A stretch of 63,885 nucleotides of DNA, taken from positions 24,924,116 through 24,988,000 of the forward strand of contig NC_135771.1 of assembly GCF_052425735.1 (NCBI RefSeq). Reading direction: 5' to 3'. Every line of letters starts with the position of its first letter. The first letter of the stretch is position 1. Position numbers and translations under genes: made by a program. A model generated the notes under the pieces. That model had not been told where the DNA came from, ran no database searches, and saw only the letters and a program-made list of their open reading frames with translations. The DNA is from Oculina patagonica. Its lineage: Eukaryota. Of this stretch, positions 37,664-49,447 are shown piece by piece.

Positions 37664-37996
37664 TTTATCTTGTTACGCTATGACGCCTTTTGAGTGTGAC
37701 GCACAACAGACATCGCAACAAACCAAAGTTCTACTTCAATAAACACGTTCGTCCGATACGAGACTTTATGTCGAAAAAAATTAAATCCAAGTTCACCAGG
37801 AATCTATAAAGTTCAAGATTGAAGGCGAAATATATGCTTTTCGGCAAACATCTGTGACCACTTTTTTGCCGACAGGTGTCTAAGCATACTTGGATCGATC
37901 ATTCTCGTCCCAGCAGGACTTGTAGCCTGCTGGACAGAAATCAGGGTCAGTCAGGGATTTTAGGTATACAGTATACAGGGAGTACAGGGGCATTTT

Positions 37997-38431
37997 CCCG
38001 GGGGGGGGGTACTCCCATATATGGGCTATATAGGTATGTGCCGCCCTATAGGGTATGGGTTTTGAGGTTCCCAGTCCTTAAATAGGGTATCATTTTTGCT
38101 CATTTTGACAATGTGTTCCCGGTGCGATCCTTAGATAGCGTAACTAAATTATATCAGCTTAAATAAACGCCCAGCTAAACGTAAAAAGGCATCCGTTCAA
38201 GTGTTAGTAAAGCGATTTTGATTTTATAAAGATTTGTGTTTTGCCGTGCGCGGTTAGCCGTTATTTGCATCGTCGCGGAACGCTTCTTCTTCCCTTGAAT
38301 AGGGTGTCATTTTTCAGTTTGGGGCCTTTAAAAGGGTATCAATTTTCGCTTTCTTTATCCTTCAATAGGGTTAGGGTTTAAGAACCTTGGCGGCACACCC
38401 CTATACAAAATTTATAGAGTACCCTCCCGGG
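37997..38431. mobile_element. MITE with CCCGGG ends and 8-bp TSD, nested in a ggtatac-rich element
   Basis: cccgggggggggggtactc / gagtaccctcccggg; ggcatttt duplicated at 37989-37996 and 38432-38439. Confidence 0.7.
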
Positions 38432-38779
38432 GGCATTTTAAACTGGGTATACTGTATTTTTACCTAAAATTGGGTCTTTTATGGGTATAAAATTACTGTG
38501 TTATTCCAAATTTTGGTATTTTGCATGATTTTGAGGGGAAATTTTGGGTATACTGGGTACATGCCTTTCAGGTATACTGGTATACCACTTCCCCCCCCCC
38601 CCCCACTAGAAATGGGAGACCTCTGTATGACCTGTATACGTATTGGGTCAAAACAAAAGGAAAACTGATGCCATACACTCATTATATAACGGCTTCGAAA
38701 GAGACTACGTAGCAAATAGTGTGTGCTTGTATCTCCGAATAGACTAATATCGTCATATAGCCATCTACCTTGCGCGAAA

Positions 38780-41065
38780 ATGAAGAAGATCATCTTGATT
38801 GTTCCCTTTCTTCTTTTTTGCCAAATGTCCTCGTGCAAGACAGAATCTCTATCTTGCTACACTTCGATCTGCGAGTTTACTTTGGTCATAACCGAGAGTC
38901 GTGCGATGACATTTACAACGGACGATGGTGAGACATCTTATGACGTGGAACTGGAAGAAAACGGAACACTCAAGTTAGCACCTAACCGCTTTCATCACCA
39001 GGTACCAAACGTGTCGCTTACTCCACAAATGGTGCACACCGTTGATGGCAGTAGTCAAAGGAAGATTATTCTCGTCAACGGGCTCTTTCCAGGACCGACA
39101 CTAGAGGTTGTGGAAGGCGCAGAAGTGGCCATAAAAGTTGTCAACGAAATGGAAAAAGAAGGAGTCGCAATCCACTGGCATGGTATTCACATGCGAGACA
39201 ATGTTTGGATGGACGGAGTTCCTTATGTAACGCAATGTCCGATTATTCCTCGTGCAAGCTTTACTTATCGGTTCATTGCTGATCCTCCGGGAACTCACTG
39301 GTATCACTCTCACAACGAACTTCAAAGGGTAGACGGCCTTTATGGAGCATTAATCGTTCACAGATCGAAAGAAAGAGGAGTAATTCCTCACTTTCCAGTG
39401 GTGATTAGCGACTGGTTTCCTGTCGATTCTACCGAAATCCAGTTACTTGATCCCTTCCAGAACGCGCCTGTTGGAACAGCAAAATCGGTTTTTCTCCCAA
39501 TCGAGAAAAAGGGTGCTTCCTTCGACGGTGTTAAGCTCAGCTCTATGGATTTCTGGTCTGGTCTTATAAACGGTCGCGGTCGAAAAAGAAATAATAGCGC
39601 TCCCCTGACAGTTTTTATGGCCACCAAAGGGAAAAAACATCGGCTACACATCGTTCTGGCTTCGGGAGAATTCGCGTACCGAGTTTCTATCGACCATCAC
39701 GAGCTGACAGTCGTTGAGAGTGACGGAAATCCAGTTGAACCCATGGAATTAGAATCTGTCATTGTTTTTCCGGGGGAAACATACGTGGTTGAATTCAAAG
39801 CCAATCAAAATCCGGGAAGATATTGGATTCGAGCAACAACTCTTCGAATGGGATATGGCTACGAAAACCCTCAACCCGACGACATTGTTTGGGATGCGAA
39901 AGCAATTTTGCACTACGAAGGAACAAGCGACATGACAGGGGATCCGACGAGTCGAAGACGAAACTGCACCTCTAAATCTCCATGCAAAATTCTTAACTGC
40001 GCATGGCCGGCCTATCGCCAAGATCTTTACCCCAACATGCAATGCATCGCATTCTCGGATCTGCGATTGGACAATTCTCGTTACCATGGTCACGAGGAAG
40101 AAATTTCACTCGAGAACGAAAATGTCGATGTGGAACTGTTCTTGAACATGGCCTTTCCAATTCCAATCGGAACCTCCATAAACAGTCGTAGAAATATAAT
40201 GCCCAGTGCACCTCTCTTCCAACATCCGTCCACGTTGGGACTGGTTCCTTGCACTCACGATTGCGAGAAAAAAGGATGTCTGTGTTCGAACATAATAAAC
40301 ATTCCTGCTAATAAAACAGTACAACTTGTCATGATGTCTGACATTTTTGGAGGTCTACAGAAAGGCACAGATTTCGGAAGCAAAGGCAAGGCACATCACC
40401 CGATGCATCTCCATGGTTACAGTTTTCAGGTCTTAAAGATGGGCTTTCCTGTAGTTGATAACACCACTGGAAAGATAATCCGCGGAAATGACGACATTGC
40501 CTGCAATTGGCGTCAAGATAAGATGTGTAGTCACCCTTACTGGACCTCAGGCAGCGCCACTGGGTTAAATTTTGACAACCCGCCTGTCAAAGACACTTTG
40601 GTCGTACCAGCAATGGGTTATACTGTTGTCCGCTTTCGAACAAACAACCCCGGCTATTGGCTGTTCCACTGTCACGTGATGCTGCACCACTTCGAGGGAA
40701 TGCTGTTGATTTTCAACGTTTCCCATGAAGATCACCCACCCGTCCCTCGAGGATTTCCCACGTGCCAATCCTTCGACATTGGACACGAGGAGTTCAGAAA
40801 GAACTTGGAGGAAAGTCAGAAGAAACGCCAAGAAGGATCGGAGAATGGCGAAAAGAAAACTTCAGTGGATGAGACGCAAAAGGAGACCAATGAAAAGATA
40901 ACGGAGGTGCACGTTTTGTCAGCCATAGCTGCCTCTTGTAGCTCCCTTGGTATATTGTTTCATCTTGTTTTACTGGTCTTGCTCTTTAAACTGTTTAAGG
41001 TCTTTCGCCCAATTCAACCAGGGGAGGAAAAGAAAATGGAAATGGCACAAATATCCAAAATGTGA
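38780..41065 (+). CDS. Multicopper oxidase (laccase/ascorbate oxidase-like), type I membrane protein, intronless, 761 aa (copy A)
   Basis: Signal peptide MKKIILIVPFLLF; Cu motifs HWHG, WYHSH, HPMHLHG, HCHVMLHHFEGM; charged stalk, C-terminal TM and short tail. Confidence 0.95.
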   Translation: MKKIILIVPFLLFCQMSSCKTESLSCYTSICEFTLVITESRAMTFTTDDGETSYDVELEENGTLKLAPNRFHHQVPNVSLTPQMVHTVDGSSQRKIILVNGLFPGPTLEVVEGAEVAIKVVNEMEKEGVAIHWHGIHMRDNVWMDGVPYVTQCPIIPRASFTYRFIADPPGTHWYHSHNELQRVDGLYGALIVHRSKERGVIPHFPVVISDWFPVDSTEIQLLDPFQNAPVGTAKSVFLPIEKKGASFDGVKLSSMDFWSGLINGRGRKRNNSAPLTVFMATKGKKHRLHIVLASGEFAYRVSIDHHELTVVESDGNPVEPMELESVIVFPGETYVVEFKANQNPGRYWIRATTLRMGYGYENPQPDDIVWDAKAILHYEGTSDMTGDPTSRRRNCTSKSPCKILNCAWPAYRQDLYPNMQCIAFSDLRLDNSRYHGHEEEISLENENVDVELFLNMAFPIPIGTSINSRRNIMPSAPLFQHPSTLGLVPCTHDCEKKGCLCSNIINIPANKTVQLVMMSDIFGGLQKGTDFGSKGKAHHPMHLHGYSFQVLKMGFPVVDNTTGKIIRGNDDIACNWRQDKMCSHPYWTSGSATGLNFDNPPVKDTLVVPAMGYTVVRFRTNNPGYWLFHCHVMLHHFEGMLLIFNVSHEDHPPVPRGFPTCQSFDIGHEEFRKNLEESQKKRQEGSENGEKKTSVDETQKETNEKITEVHVLSAIAASCSSLGILFHLVLLVLLFKLFKVFRPIQPGEEKKMEMAQISKM

Positions 41066-42667
41066 TTTTCCAGTAATTTTGAAGTTGTTGTACTGTTAAG
41101 CAAGGGAAGGGAATTCTTAAAAAAATAATAATTCAGCCCTGATTGCTAAATTCTCATAAATAGTTCTTATATGTTTCTATGAAACAGGTTAGGAGAATGA
41201 AGCACTGATCAACAACGATTGCATTTTTTATTTGCTACTGAATTTCTTATCAATATTGTAAAACTGAAAGAAAAAGTTGCAAAACAATTTAAGAGCATCT
41301 TAAGAAATTCATATTTTTATATTTACAAATTAATGTTTCGACTTGACAGAATTTTAACCGATTAATAAATGAGTAATGTTGAATAAGTTTAACTTTTTAG
41401 AAATAAATAGTACTTAATTTACATTTAGAATTCTGTCATCAATGTAATTTTTCTGTTTGATTTTATGGAATATTTTCTAATTGTGAAAATAAAACTCGTG
41501 ATCATGGAAAAAAAAACAGAACTTTACATTAAGAACAATATTACTATTAAGCCAGTTCAGAAATCCATTTAACTTTAATAGCCAGACATTTACTGTAATA
41601 CTTCGATTTAATGAATAAAATTTGTTTATCAGTTTTACGAATTCTGGCTGTTGTAATCTCAAGTGCGTCAAACCCCCAGCGGAGGTGGGGGGAGGGGGAG
41701 TACTCTGGGATTTCGGGGGGGGGGAATTTTTGGGGTATTATCAGACTTTCTCAAAGCCCGTTTACTTCGTCGCTCAAAAGAGTCGACTTGTGGCAAGTCT
41801 AGGGTATTATAAACAATCCTAAGTACAAACAAACGTGTTTTTCTAATGTTTTTCTTTGTGTTATATAATTCCCCCTTTTCTGCAAAGTGGTCGATTGCGT
41901 TTTTTTTTTTTTCACTTAAAATCCCAAGTGCCCCCCCCCCCCCCCCCCGTGGTCAAATCCCCTCTTTTAAGGGATGGGGGAATACAGGTGAAAGCTGTGT
42001 TCGCTGATACGTAGTTTTCGCAATATTTTCCTCTTACCCTTTTAGAAGAAAGAACAAGTGAAACTATTTTTTTCTTGCTCTTTGGGATTCCTTGCAATCT
42101 CACAATGCCTTTGTTGATGCGTAGTGAATTCTTAAACTTTTAAGAACTTTTTAAATGATTTGAAGGTGTTTGTAAAAAAGAGGCATGAGAGATTAGTGGA
42201 TTTGAAACGATCAGGGGAAAAATGAAGATTTAATGAAATGTTGAATTCTGTACGGTTAATCATTAACCGGACAGCTCATATTAAGAAATAGTATGTTGTA
42301 CCGGATCAAATTTGTCATCACATCTTGAAACAAAAGTCTATATCCCGAATTGTCGTTACCTTCATTTCCCTACATTTTGGGCAGGGTTTTGTTTCCCGGG
42401 CTTACCGTAATTTGTACAAAAAGTTATATCAACAAGATTGCAAAAGGTGCACGCTGATTAAATCCGCTGTATATTATATATGAAATGAAAAATTATCGAA
42501 ACGTTCATTCGACCAGTTGCAAAACCGTGTTTGTGAATTAGATTTTCATTTGCACTTTTTTAAAAAATTTCATTTTCTCAAAAAAGTCATTTTTATTTTC
42601 TCCGGAAAAAAAAGTATTTAATGCTGCTCTGAAAAATGTCAGCATAATGTTTAAAAGCCTCTTTATG

Positions 42668-42670
<3 letters not shown>

Positions 42671-42704
<34 letters not shown>
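42671..42704 (+). repeat. (AAT)n microsatellite
   Basis: About 11 tandem AAT units. Confidence 0.9.
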
Positions 42705-42708
<4 letters not shown>

Positions 42709-43922
42709 TATTTTTATAGCGCCTATCCAGGCCTGCTATAGGCGCTTTACAAATGTTTAAAAAATATATATATAAAAATTAGCTGAATAGCTGAATGATT
42801 GGTTGTTCTTCTCGTTCAGTCATGCAATAAATCACTTACTAACCAGTGGGATATTGGCCTCGTTTAAAATTAGCTAGTGATCAACGTGCCACAATTTTTT
42901 TAAGCCATCAACAAGGTCAATATCGTGCCGTATAAACTTTACACATGATCAATAACAACCTGTATTTACCGACGTTATTTAATTTGACCGACCTCTGATC
43001 TCATGTGTTTACTTAGTTTGCTTTCCTTTCTTTGTTTTAAAAGTTTTTCGAGATCAATATTAAATTGAGAAAACGAAGAAATGGCGTATTAATTCCTCTG
43101 TTTCACAACTGAGGTAAGTGCTTATTACGTACTTAATCGGCTCTTCGTGTAAAGTTGCACATAAGTCCGCCAAAACTGAGTGTTAATTGTTTTTTACGTA
43201 ACCTTGACGTTGACTTAGGAAAGAAGGAAAAGAAAGTGCTTCTACAAATTAAAGGGTTATAAATAACACACTTATGCCCAGTCAAACGTGGCTTAGCACA
43301 CGTTTGCCATGGCTACACTTCAGTTCATTTATTGTGCAACCTTACTCTTTGATCATGATACGGTGGCTTGAGGCTTGTTGATGACGTATTGTTTTCCGAG
43401 AATAAAAGTTTAGAATAACGCATTGCACATGGTCAGTTTTTTTTAACATAATTTGATTTAGTGGCACTTTGCGCATCTTCGGACGTGGCTAAGCACAAAG
43501 GTATCATAATCCAAGGCTTTTGAAATCGTTGTTTGTTAGTACATTCAGCCGACGGGTAATTAGAAAGTGATTATAGAGTGGCTTTTGTTCCCTGGGGAGT
43601 CTGAACGACTAGTGTATGAGGTCAATAACAGATCATTATAAACTGTCTGTTGCCATTAAACAAAGATTGTGCTTGTTTTACACTTCGGTTGATATTTTAG
43701 TCAAAGAATTGAATTTTCACCTCGAATCACTGTTGATTTCTGGATGCGTTCGTCACAAGAACGTTCTTAGTGGACAAGAGGGTCAACTTCAACTGCGAAA
43801 GACAAATAAGGATCACAAATCAGCTTGTCGTCTGAAAAAACATTGAGACATCAACTCGGGTCACACAAGACACTTGGTGACTATTGATTATTACAGCTTT
43901 TGCCGATGTTTTAGTGAACAAG

Positions 43923-44999
43923 ATGTCTTTGTCTTGTCTTCATCAAGCCGTGTGTTCAGGAAGGCTTCACCAGATTCGTCTATTGTTGGATATCGGTGTA
44001 AATCCAAAAACAGTCGACAATCAAGGTCGCACTCCGCTCATGATGGCAGCGTGCGCCTCAAAAGACTCAACAGCTACGAAGATTGCTCGACTCTTGCTTA
44101 GCCGAGGCGCTAGTGCTGAGTGCGTAGATAGACAGGGAAGGACTGCCTTGTCTTATGCCTGCCAGCATGGCCACTGTAAACTTGTTAAACTGCTTATAGA
44201 TGACGACTGCGATATCAACATGGCTGATAAAGAAGGGAATACTCCGCTAATGTATGCCGCCATGTCGGGTAATGTACCCACTCTGCGTGAAATTTTACAT
44301 GTTGTGCTAAAATACAGACTCAGTGTGGACTTGAGGAACAAGAAAGGGTTTTCAGCTTATTTATTAGCGGCAAAAATGGCCAATGGAGAATGCGCTAGAA
44401 TTCTCAAAACAGAGGCAAATGCTTCGGACTGTGTGAGGGACACGGAGTTTTTCTTGAGTGACAAAGAATGGGCCAAGAAAATGAAAAGAAACTTAAACAA
44501 AGAAAAGCTTGAAAAAAAGGCTCAGAAGATCGAAGAGAGAGTTCGTCCTCACACATCTTTGGAACTGGGTCGTGCTAGTAAAGTTTCTAATTCACCTCGC
44601 GCGGATCCGCGCGCGATTTCGCGACTAACAACTCGTAGTGAGCCCGCGGTGACGCGGAAGATTGGAGTGACGCGCATGTGGCCTACTCCTCACAATGACA
44701 TTGAAACTGATCACGAGCTCGAGAATACACGCGTTACTAGCGCCTCATCAGCATATAGTAGCAGCAAACAGAGCAGTATTCCTGCAGTGGCTCGCACGCT
44801 AACACCAGACTTGCACGCCATTTTCAGTCAGTATGTTTTAGTTGACAACAGGCCAGCGGTTACCGTGGCTGATCGCAGGCCCCAATACAACGCGTCTCCT
44901 CGCAAGAATTCAGAGTTCCCGACCAGACCTTTGCTTCGAGAGGCTAGATATTCTCGACTTGGGGCTATGAATAGGAAAAAGGTTTCCCTTATCAAATAG
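43923..44999 (+). CDS. Ankyrin repeat protein, ANKRD63/ANKRD34-like, intronless CDS, 358 aa
   Basis: About five ankyrin repeats (GRTPLMMA, GRTALSYA, GNTPLMYA, GFSAYLLA) followed by a basic disordered tail. First ATG at 43923 (the ORF track starts at TTG). Candidate noncoding-exon donor ag|gtaagt at ~43114. Confidence 0.88.
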   Translation: MSLSCLHQAVCSGRLHQIRLLLDIGVNPKTVDNQGRTPLMMAACASKDSTATKIARLLLSRGASAECVDRQGRTALSYACQHGHCKLVKLLIDDDCDINMADKEGNTPLMYAAMSGNVPTLREILHVVLKYRLSVDLRNKKGFSAYLLAAKMANGECARILKTEANASDCVRDTEFFLSDKEWAKKMKRNLNKEKLEKKAQKIEERVRPHTSLELGRASKVSNSPRADPRAISRLTTRSEPAVTRKIGVTRMWPTPHNDIETDHELENTRVTSASSAYSSSKQSSIPAVARTLTPDLHAIFSQYVLVDNRPAVTVADRRPQYNASPRKNSEFPTRPLLREARYSRLGAMNRKKVSLIK

Positions 45000-45900
45000 A
45001 AAACAAGGGTAAATATATAAAACATCTATATTTGAAAAAGAGAGTTTTATGTTTAAAATGCACACGATAAAATGTTGGTGAGATTTCTCTGGGCGAGATG
45101 GTGAAACTCATGTACGAAGTATTCAGTGAAACGAAAAAAAGGACAAACGAGCAAAAAAAAGAATACTCTGGCACTAATGGGTAAATTTAAGACCCTTCCA
45201 AGGCTAAACAATCTCTTAAAGACGGTTTATAGCTTCTCGTATCCCCTGGGCTGAGAGATCACAAGTACAGTTGATATCGAAGTTTTTGCTTTGATACTTT
45301 CACCCTGCAGTGCAATAAAAAGCCGCACGGGAGTGAGTGTTTGTAATGTTATGCTCAATGTTTTAATAAAAGAGTGTTTGAGTTGTTATGGACTGAAAAG
45401 TCAGGCTCCTGTTTAAACGCGTAAAAGAATATGTGCTAAATTCAACAAAGTGTTGTTGTTTCTTAAAGTCTTGTGTCGGTGTCGCCACGAAATCAAACAA
45501 GCACGTCCCAGAGCCAAGTAGCTCGTATGAAGCTGGTGCTAACTAAAGCGTACCTCGGGTTTCCGGTTTTGTAGCATATAAAGCAACTAGGAGAACTGCT
45601 ACTACCCCCCTCCCCTCCCCTGGTGGGGTGCAAGTCAACCGCAAGTTACCTTCCTCCTCCCGAACATTTTGTTAAAAGTCTGTCTATCCTTCCCTGACTG
45701 ACACGCATCGCTGCACTCCGAAGTGAATCATTTCATGAAAGAGACGTGAGCAAGGACTAGATCCCCAATTGTTGCGCGCGGATCATTTTAAAAACGGGAC
45801 ACCAGTTTGAAGTACACAAACTACTTCATTTTTCCTTCCTTGATAGCTTTTCTTCTTACAGGAATGACTACAAAACATTAATATAAAACGCACCAGGCGC

Positions 45901-47453
45901 TTATTCCTGGCGAGACTTCGCAAGCATAGATAAACATGACCCAAAGAAGCCTAACAGCTTTCGAGGAATGATCCAAGGATCAACTATGGTGTTCTCTAGA
46001 AGGTCCCTTCCAACAGCGCGTCCCTTTGGAGAGCACATAGCCCGGCGCCAGAACTTCAGTAATGAACCCTTAGTGTCGAAATTTGTACTGTAAAACAGAT
46101 TGATTGACAAAAGTTTACGATTTTGCGCGGGACTGAGGTCTGGGATGGAAGGAACTTTGTCATCGCGTTTCAAGATTCTTGGTGGTAACGCACTCTGTTT
46201 TCCTGCCGTGTTATTGAGATCCGTTCGGAAGTGTGTAGCTGCAATGAATTCCACAAGTAGGGCCCAGCCTACCCCGAACTTTCTTTCAGGCAACGATAAG
46301 AGACTGACCTCCTCGGTGAAAAGAGGTTGCGCTGAAAGCAAATAAAAACAAAATATCAAAACGAAGCAAAAACGAACAAACAACATATACAACAAAAGCT
46401 AGTCTAAGAAGCGATTCTCCAAAGCTGCCTGTTCTACAGTAAAATACTTGCTTTAATAATAGCCGTGGTCTTCCAACTGTGATCTTCATTATGGTTTCAA
46501 TTCGGAAGGATTTTCTCCCCCCTCCCCAAAGTTCTCCTCCCTTTGTCTTACATTTTCACTCGCTCCAATCCTTCTCGTCCTGCCTCGGAATATGAATACC
46601 ATATGCTTGTGGGCCACATTTTGGCTTCAAAAAGATTCGCGCATTTTTACGTGTGCAGACATTCAATAGTTGAAGATTCCATTGGCCTACTCTAGACCCA
46701 TAGCTGTCTGCACTTTCTAAAATCGCCATTCGGTAAGATTTTCCCAGTGGTTAGCTATTACGCACCTCTTAGTATGGACGTTGTGTGAGCTTTCCACATC
46801 AGTGCAACTATAGCATCTTTTTCAGGATCAAAGGAAGTTGACTGCTGAGTAGAAGCAACTTTAACTCGTGCAAAGAACTCGGTCCAGTCACGAATGACCT
46901 CAGGATGGTCCAACGAACACTCTTGAATACTGGTACAGAACTTTTGTTTGACTTTGTCGCTCACATTAGTCGGTTTAGCAAAGTACACAGGGTGCCTCAG
47001 AGGGGTGAATACTCCGGCATTTAAGGCCCCTAGGAACGGTAGGACTGAGAGGTAGTAATTCATATCGGCCCACCAGCTGTTTGGGGACACACAGCGGGGC
47101 TCAGCGCTACATTTCTGGCTATCCGCCATGTCACGGAGGCGACCAGAAGACATTTGCCATCCGAACTGGAGCGGTAGTCCCCAAAGGAGGTTCCCAGTGT
47201 TGTTATACCCCCAGGAATTGAAGTACCCGTGGGTTTTCTGCACCATCAACTTAAAAATTCCCATTCTTTGTAGATAATCCCAGGGGTTGATAATCGTCAT
47301 CATTTTGTCATCTATCTGCCCAACGGGGTAGTCGTCCAAAGATGCCGGAGCTTCCCACCAACCAGGTGGATAATGATGCTGGGATACTGACGCAGGAGTG
47401 GATAAATGGCATATTGCCATGCACAGCACGGCAAGGCAGCCCAGATAACTCAT
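45901..47453 (-). CDS. LEG1: LEG1 (liver-enriched gene 1/C6orf58-like) secreted protein, copy A, 372 aa
   Basis: Exons 47453-46766 and 46331-45901 (phase 1). Signal peptide; IINPWDYLQRMG, NLLWGLPLQFGWQ.SSGRL.D, SWWADMNYYLSVLPFLGA, W.AH, V.FIAATHFRT. Confidence 0.9.
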
Positions 47454-47774
47454 GTAAAAAACCTGCAAATAAATTGATATCACCTACGTCTTCTACTGAA
47501 CAAACAACGTTCTTCGCCATTACGTTTTGCATTTAGAGAAAAAATATTTTCTTCAAGATGGATTAAATTAAAAGGAAAAAAGAAAATGAAACGATATTAA
47601 AAATGTATTTATTTTTAGTTAAACTATATTTTATCACAAGAAAATTAGAGAGTTTCCGGAAATGAAAATATTCGGGATTTAATTTTGCGCATCTATACAG
47701 CTTTTTTTTAATGTCAGCAATGCCTTTGTCAAAGAAGAAATGTTTCAATTGCATGTCTGGATAGAAAACATATA

Positions 47775-47969
47775 CAGTCAACTCTCTCTTAAACGACACC
47801 TCTACAAGACGGGCACCTCTTTAAGACGGCCATCTGGTGTTGGTCCCGTCCCTGCCGTTTTTCAGTCATTTTACTGTAACTAAACTTCCTATAAGACGGA
47901 CACCTCTCTAAGACGGACAGTTAAAGCCGGTCCTGACGGTATCAGTTACGTTTTAGAGAGAGTTGACTC
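47775..47969. mobile_element. pogo/Tigger-like MITE (TA TSD)
   Basis: ta|cagtcaactctctc ... gagagagttgactc|ta; internal taagacgg repeats. Absent from the paralogous position near 51930. Confidence 0.8.
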
Positions 47970-49447
47970 TATGGCGTTGAAATCACGTTAATTACTCAAT
48001 TCAATTCAATGCAATTCTTGATTCTTGACCATTTTTCATCAATTTTTCGTTTTATTTGGTAAACACTGTAGGTTTGTTGTGTCGAATAGTGTCCTTATTG
48101 ACAGTCGAATTCTACATCAGCTGCTAAATTTCCCATACTTTGCAATTCTATCTGATGCCAGACTAAAACTGATGCCTCGTCACGTACCGTTCGAATTATC
48201 CCAATAATTTACACCCCGTCCTCGCCAAGTAGAAAAAAACAACACTGCCCCTGTCTAGAAAAATGGACAATGCCTAATGGCTAAAGTATGTAACCTGAAG
48301 GTTTTGATTTAACTTGTATAGGGACTTTACCTTTCTCCTAAACTTCCCTCTCCACGGGTAACATCACTTTCTATAAATCAGCAAGTATGGTATTCTTGAG
48401 TCGCATACTATGGCCACCTGCGGGGTTAACGAGTGCGGCTAATGAACCGGTTCAATTCGCCAAAGGGGAAATCTTAGTTATGGCTAGTCTGAATATTAAA
48501 ACTCGAAGTGAAGAGATGTTTGGTTTTGCGAACGACATTTATTTCTCCGTGTTTTGGCTTTGTCTGAATTTTTCTCTCTTATTCTGCATTTGCTTTGTCT
48601 CGTCTCGTGATTTCTCTTTAGTAAAATAACCGCGGCAACCACCAGCAATGCAATACTGAGTCAAACCATTTACCGAATTTTTTTTAGAAAAAAAGGCATC
48701 TGGCATATAGAGCGTGTCACTAAACGTTCCTTCATATTGATTAATTTTGTTCGTCGATCTTCTGAACCTTTTTAGTAAATGGTAAAACACATGTACGAAT
48801 TGTCCAGTAAACAAAAAAAGCAAAAAGGAATGCTCCGGTACAAATGGTTAAGTCACTCACAGGTTAAAAACAATCTGGTAAAGAGCTTCTGGTATCTCCC
48901 ATGATGTAATGTGAGTTGAATTCAAGATTTTTGCTTTGAAACTGTCATCCTTGCAGCATTAGTTTTCAGCTGACAGTGCAACAAAAATTTGCACGAGTGT
49001 TTCTGCTAAACTTCCAGATTTTTTGTAATGTTCTACTAATTGTGTTTTAATAAAAGCGTTTTTAAGTTGTTATGGACTTTATCGTTAGAATCTTGTTTAC
49101 CCCCCCCCCCCCTCCCCCCCGCCCAAAGAATGAATCTTTGCCAGATTCAATGTCTTTTTTTATCAGAGTAGCTGTCGGAGAACTAAAGCGCAGTGAGCCC
49201 AAGTGGCCTTGCCATGACCCACCCACCCCCTCGACTGACACGCAACGCTGCACTCCGAAGTAAAGCACTGTATGACAGAGAGAGGCCAGGAACTGCACTA
49301 GTTCCTTAATTGATATGCGTTGCTCAGTTTGTAAACGTGATACTAGTTTTAAGTTCACTACTTTATTTTTCCTTCCTTGATAGCTTTTCTTCTTACATTT
49401 TGACTACAAAACATGAAATCTCGCCTGGCGCCTATTCCTGGCGGGAC

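Noticed and set aside
38723-38779. N-terminal extensions in the ORF track (laccases, ankyrin, LEG1-A)
   Set aside because: They start at GTG/TTG codons. Eukaryotic ATG starts lie downstream, giving proper signal peptides for the laccases and LEG1-A.
39101-40831. Antisense and alternate-frame ORFs over the laccases, LEG1, opsin and RAVER
   Set aside because: They are shadow ORFs of genuine coding sequence.
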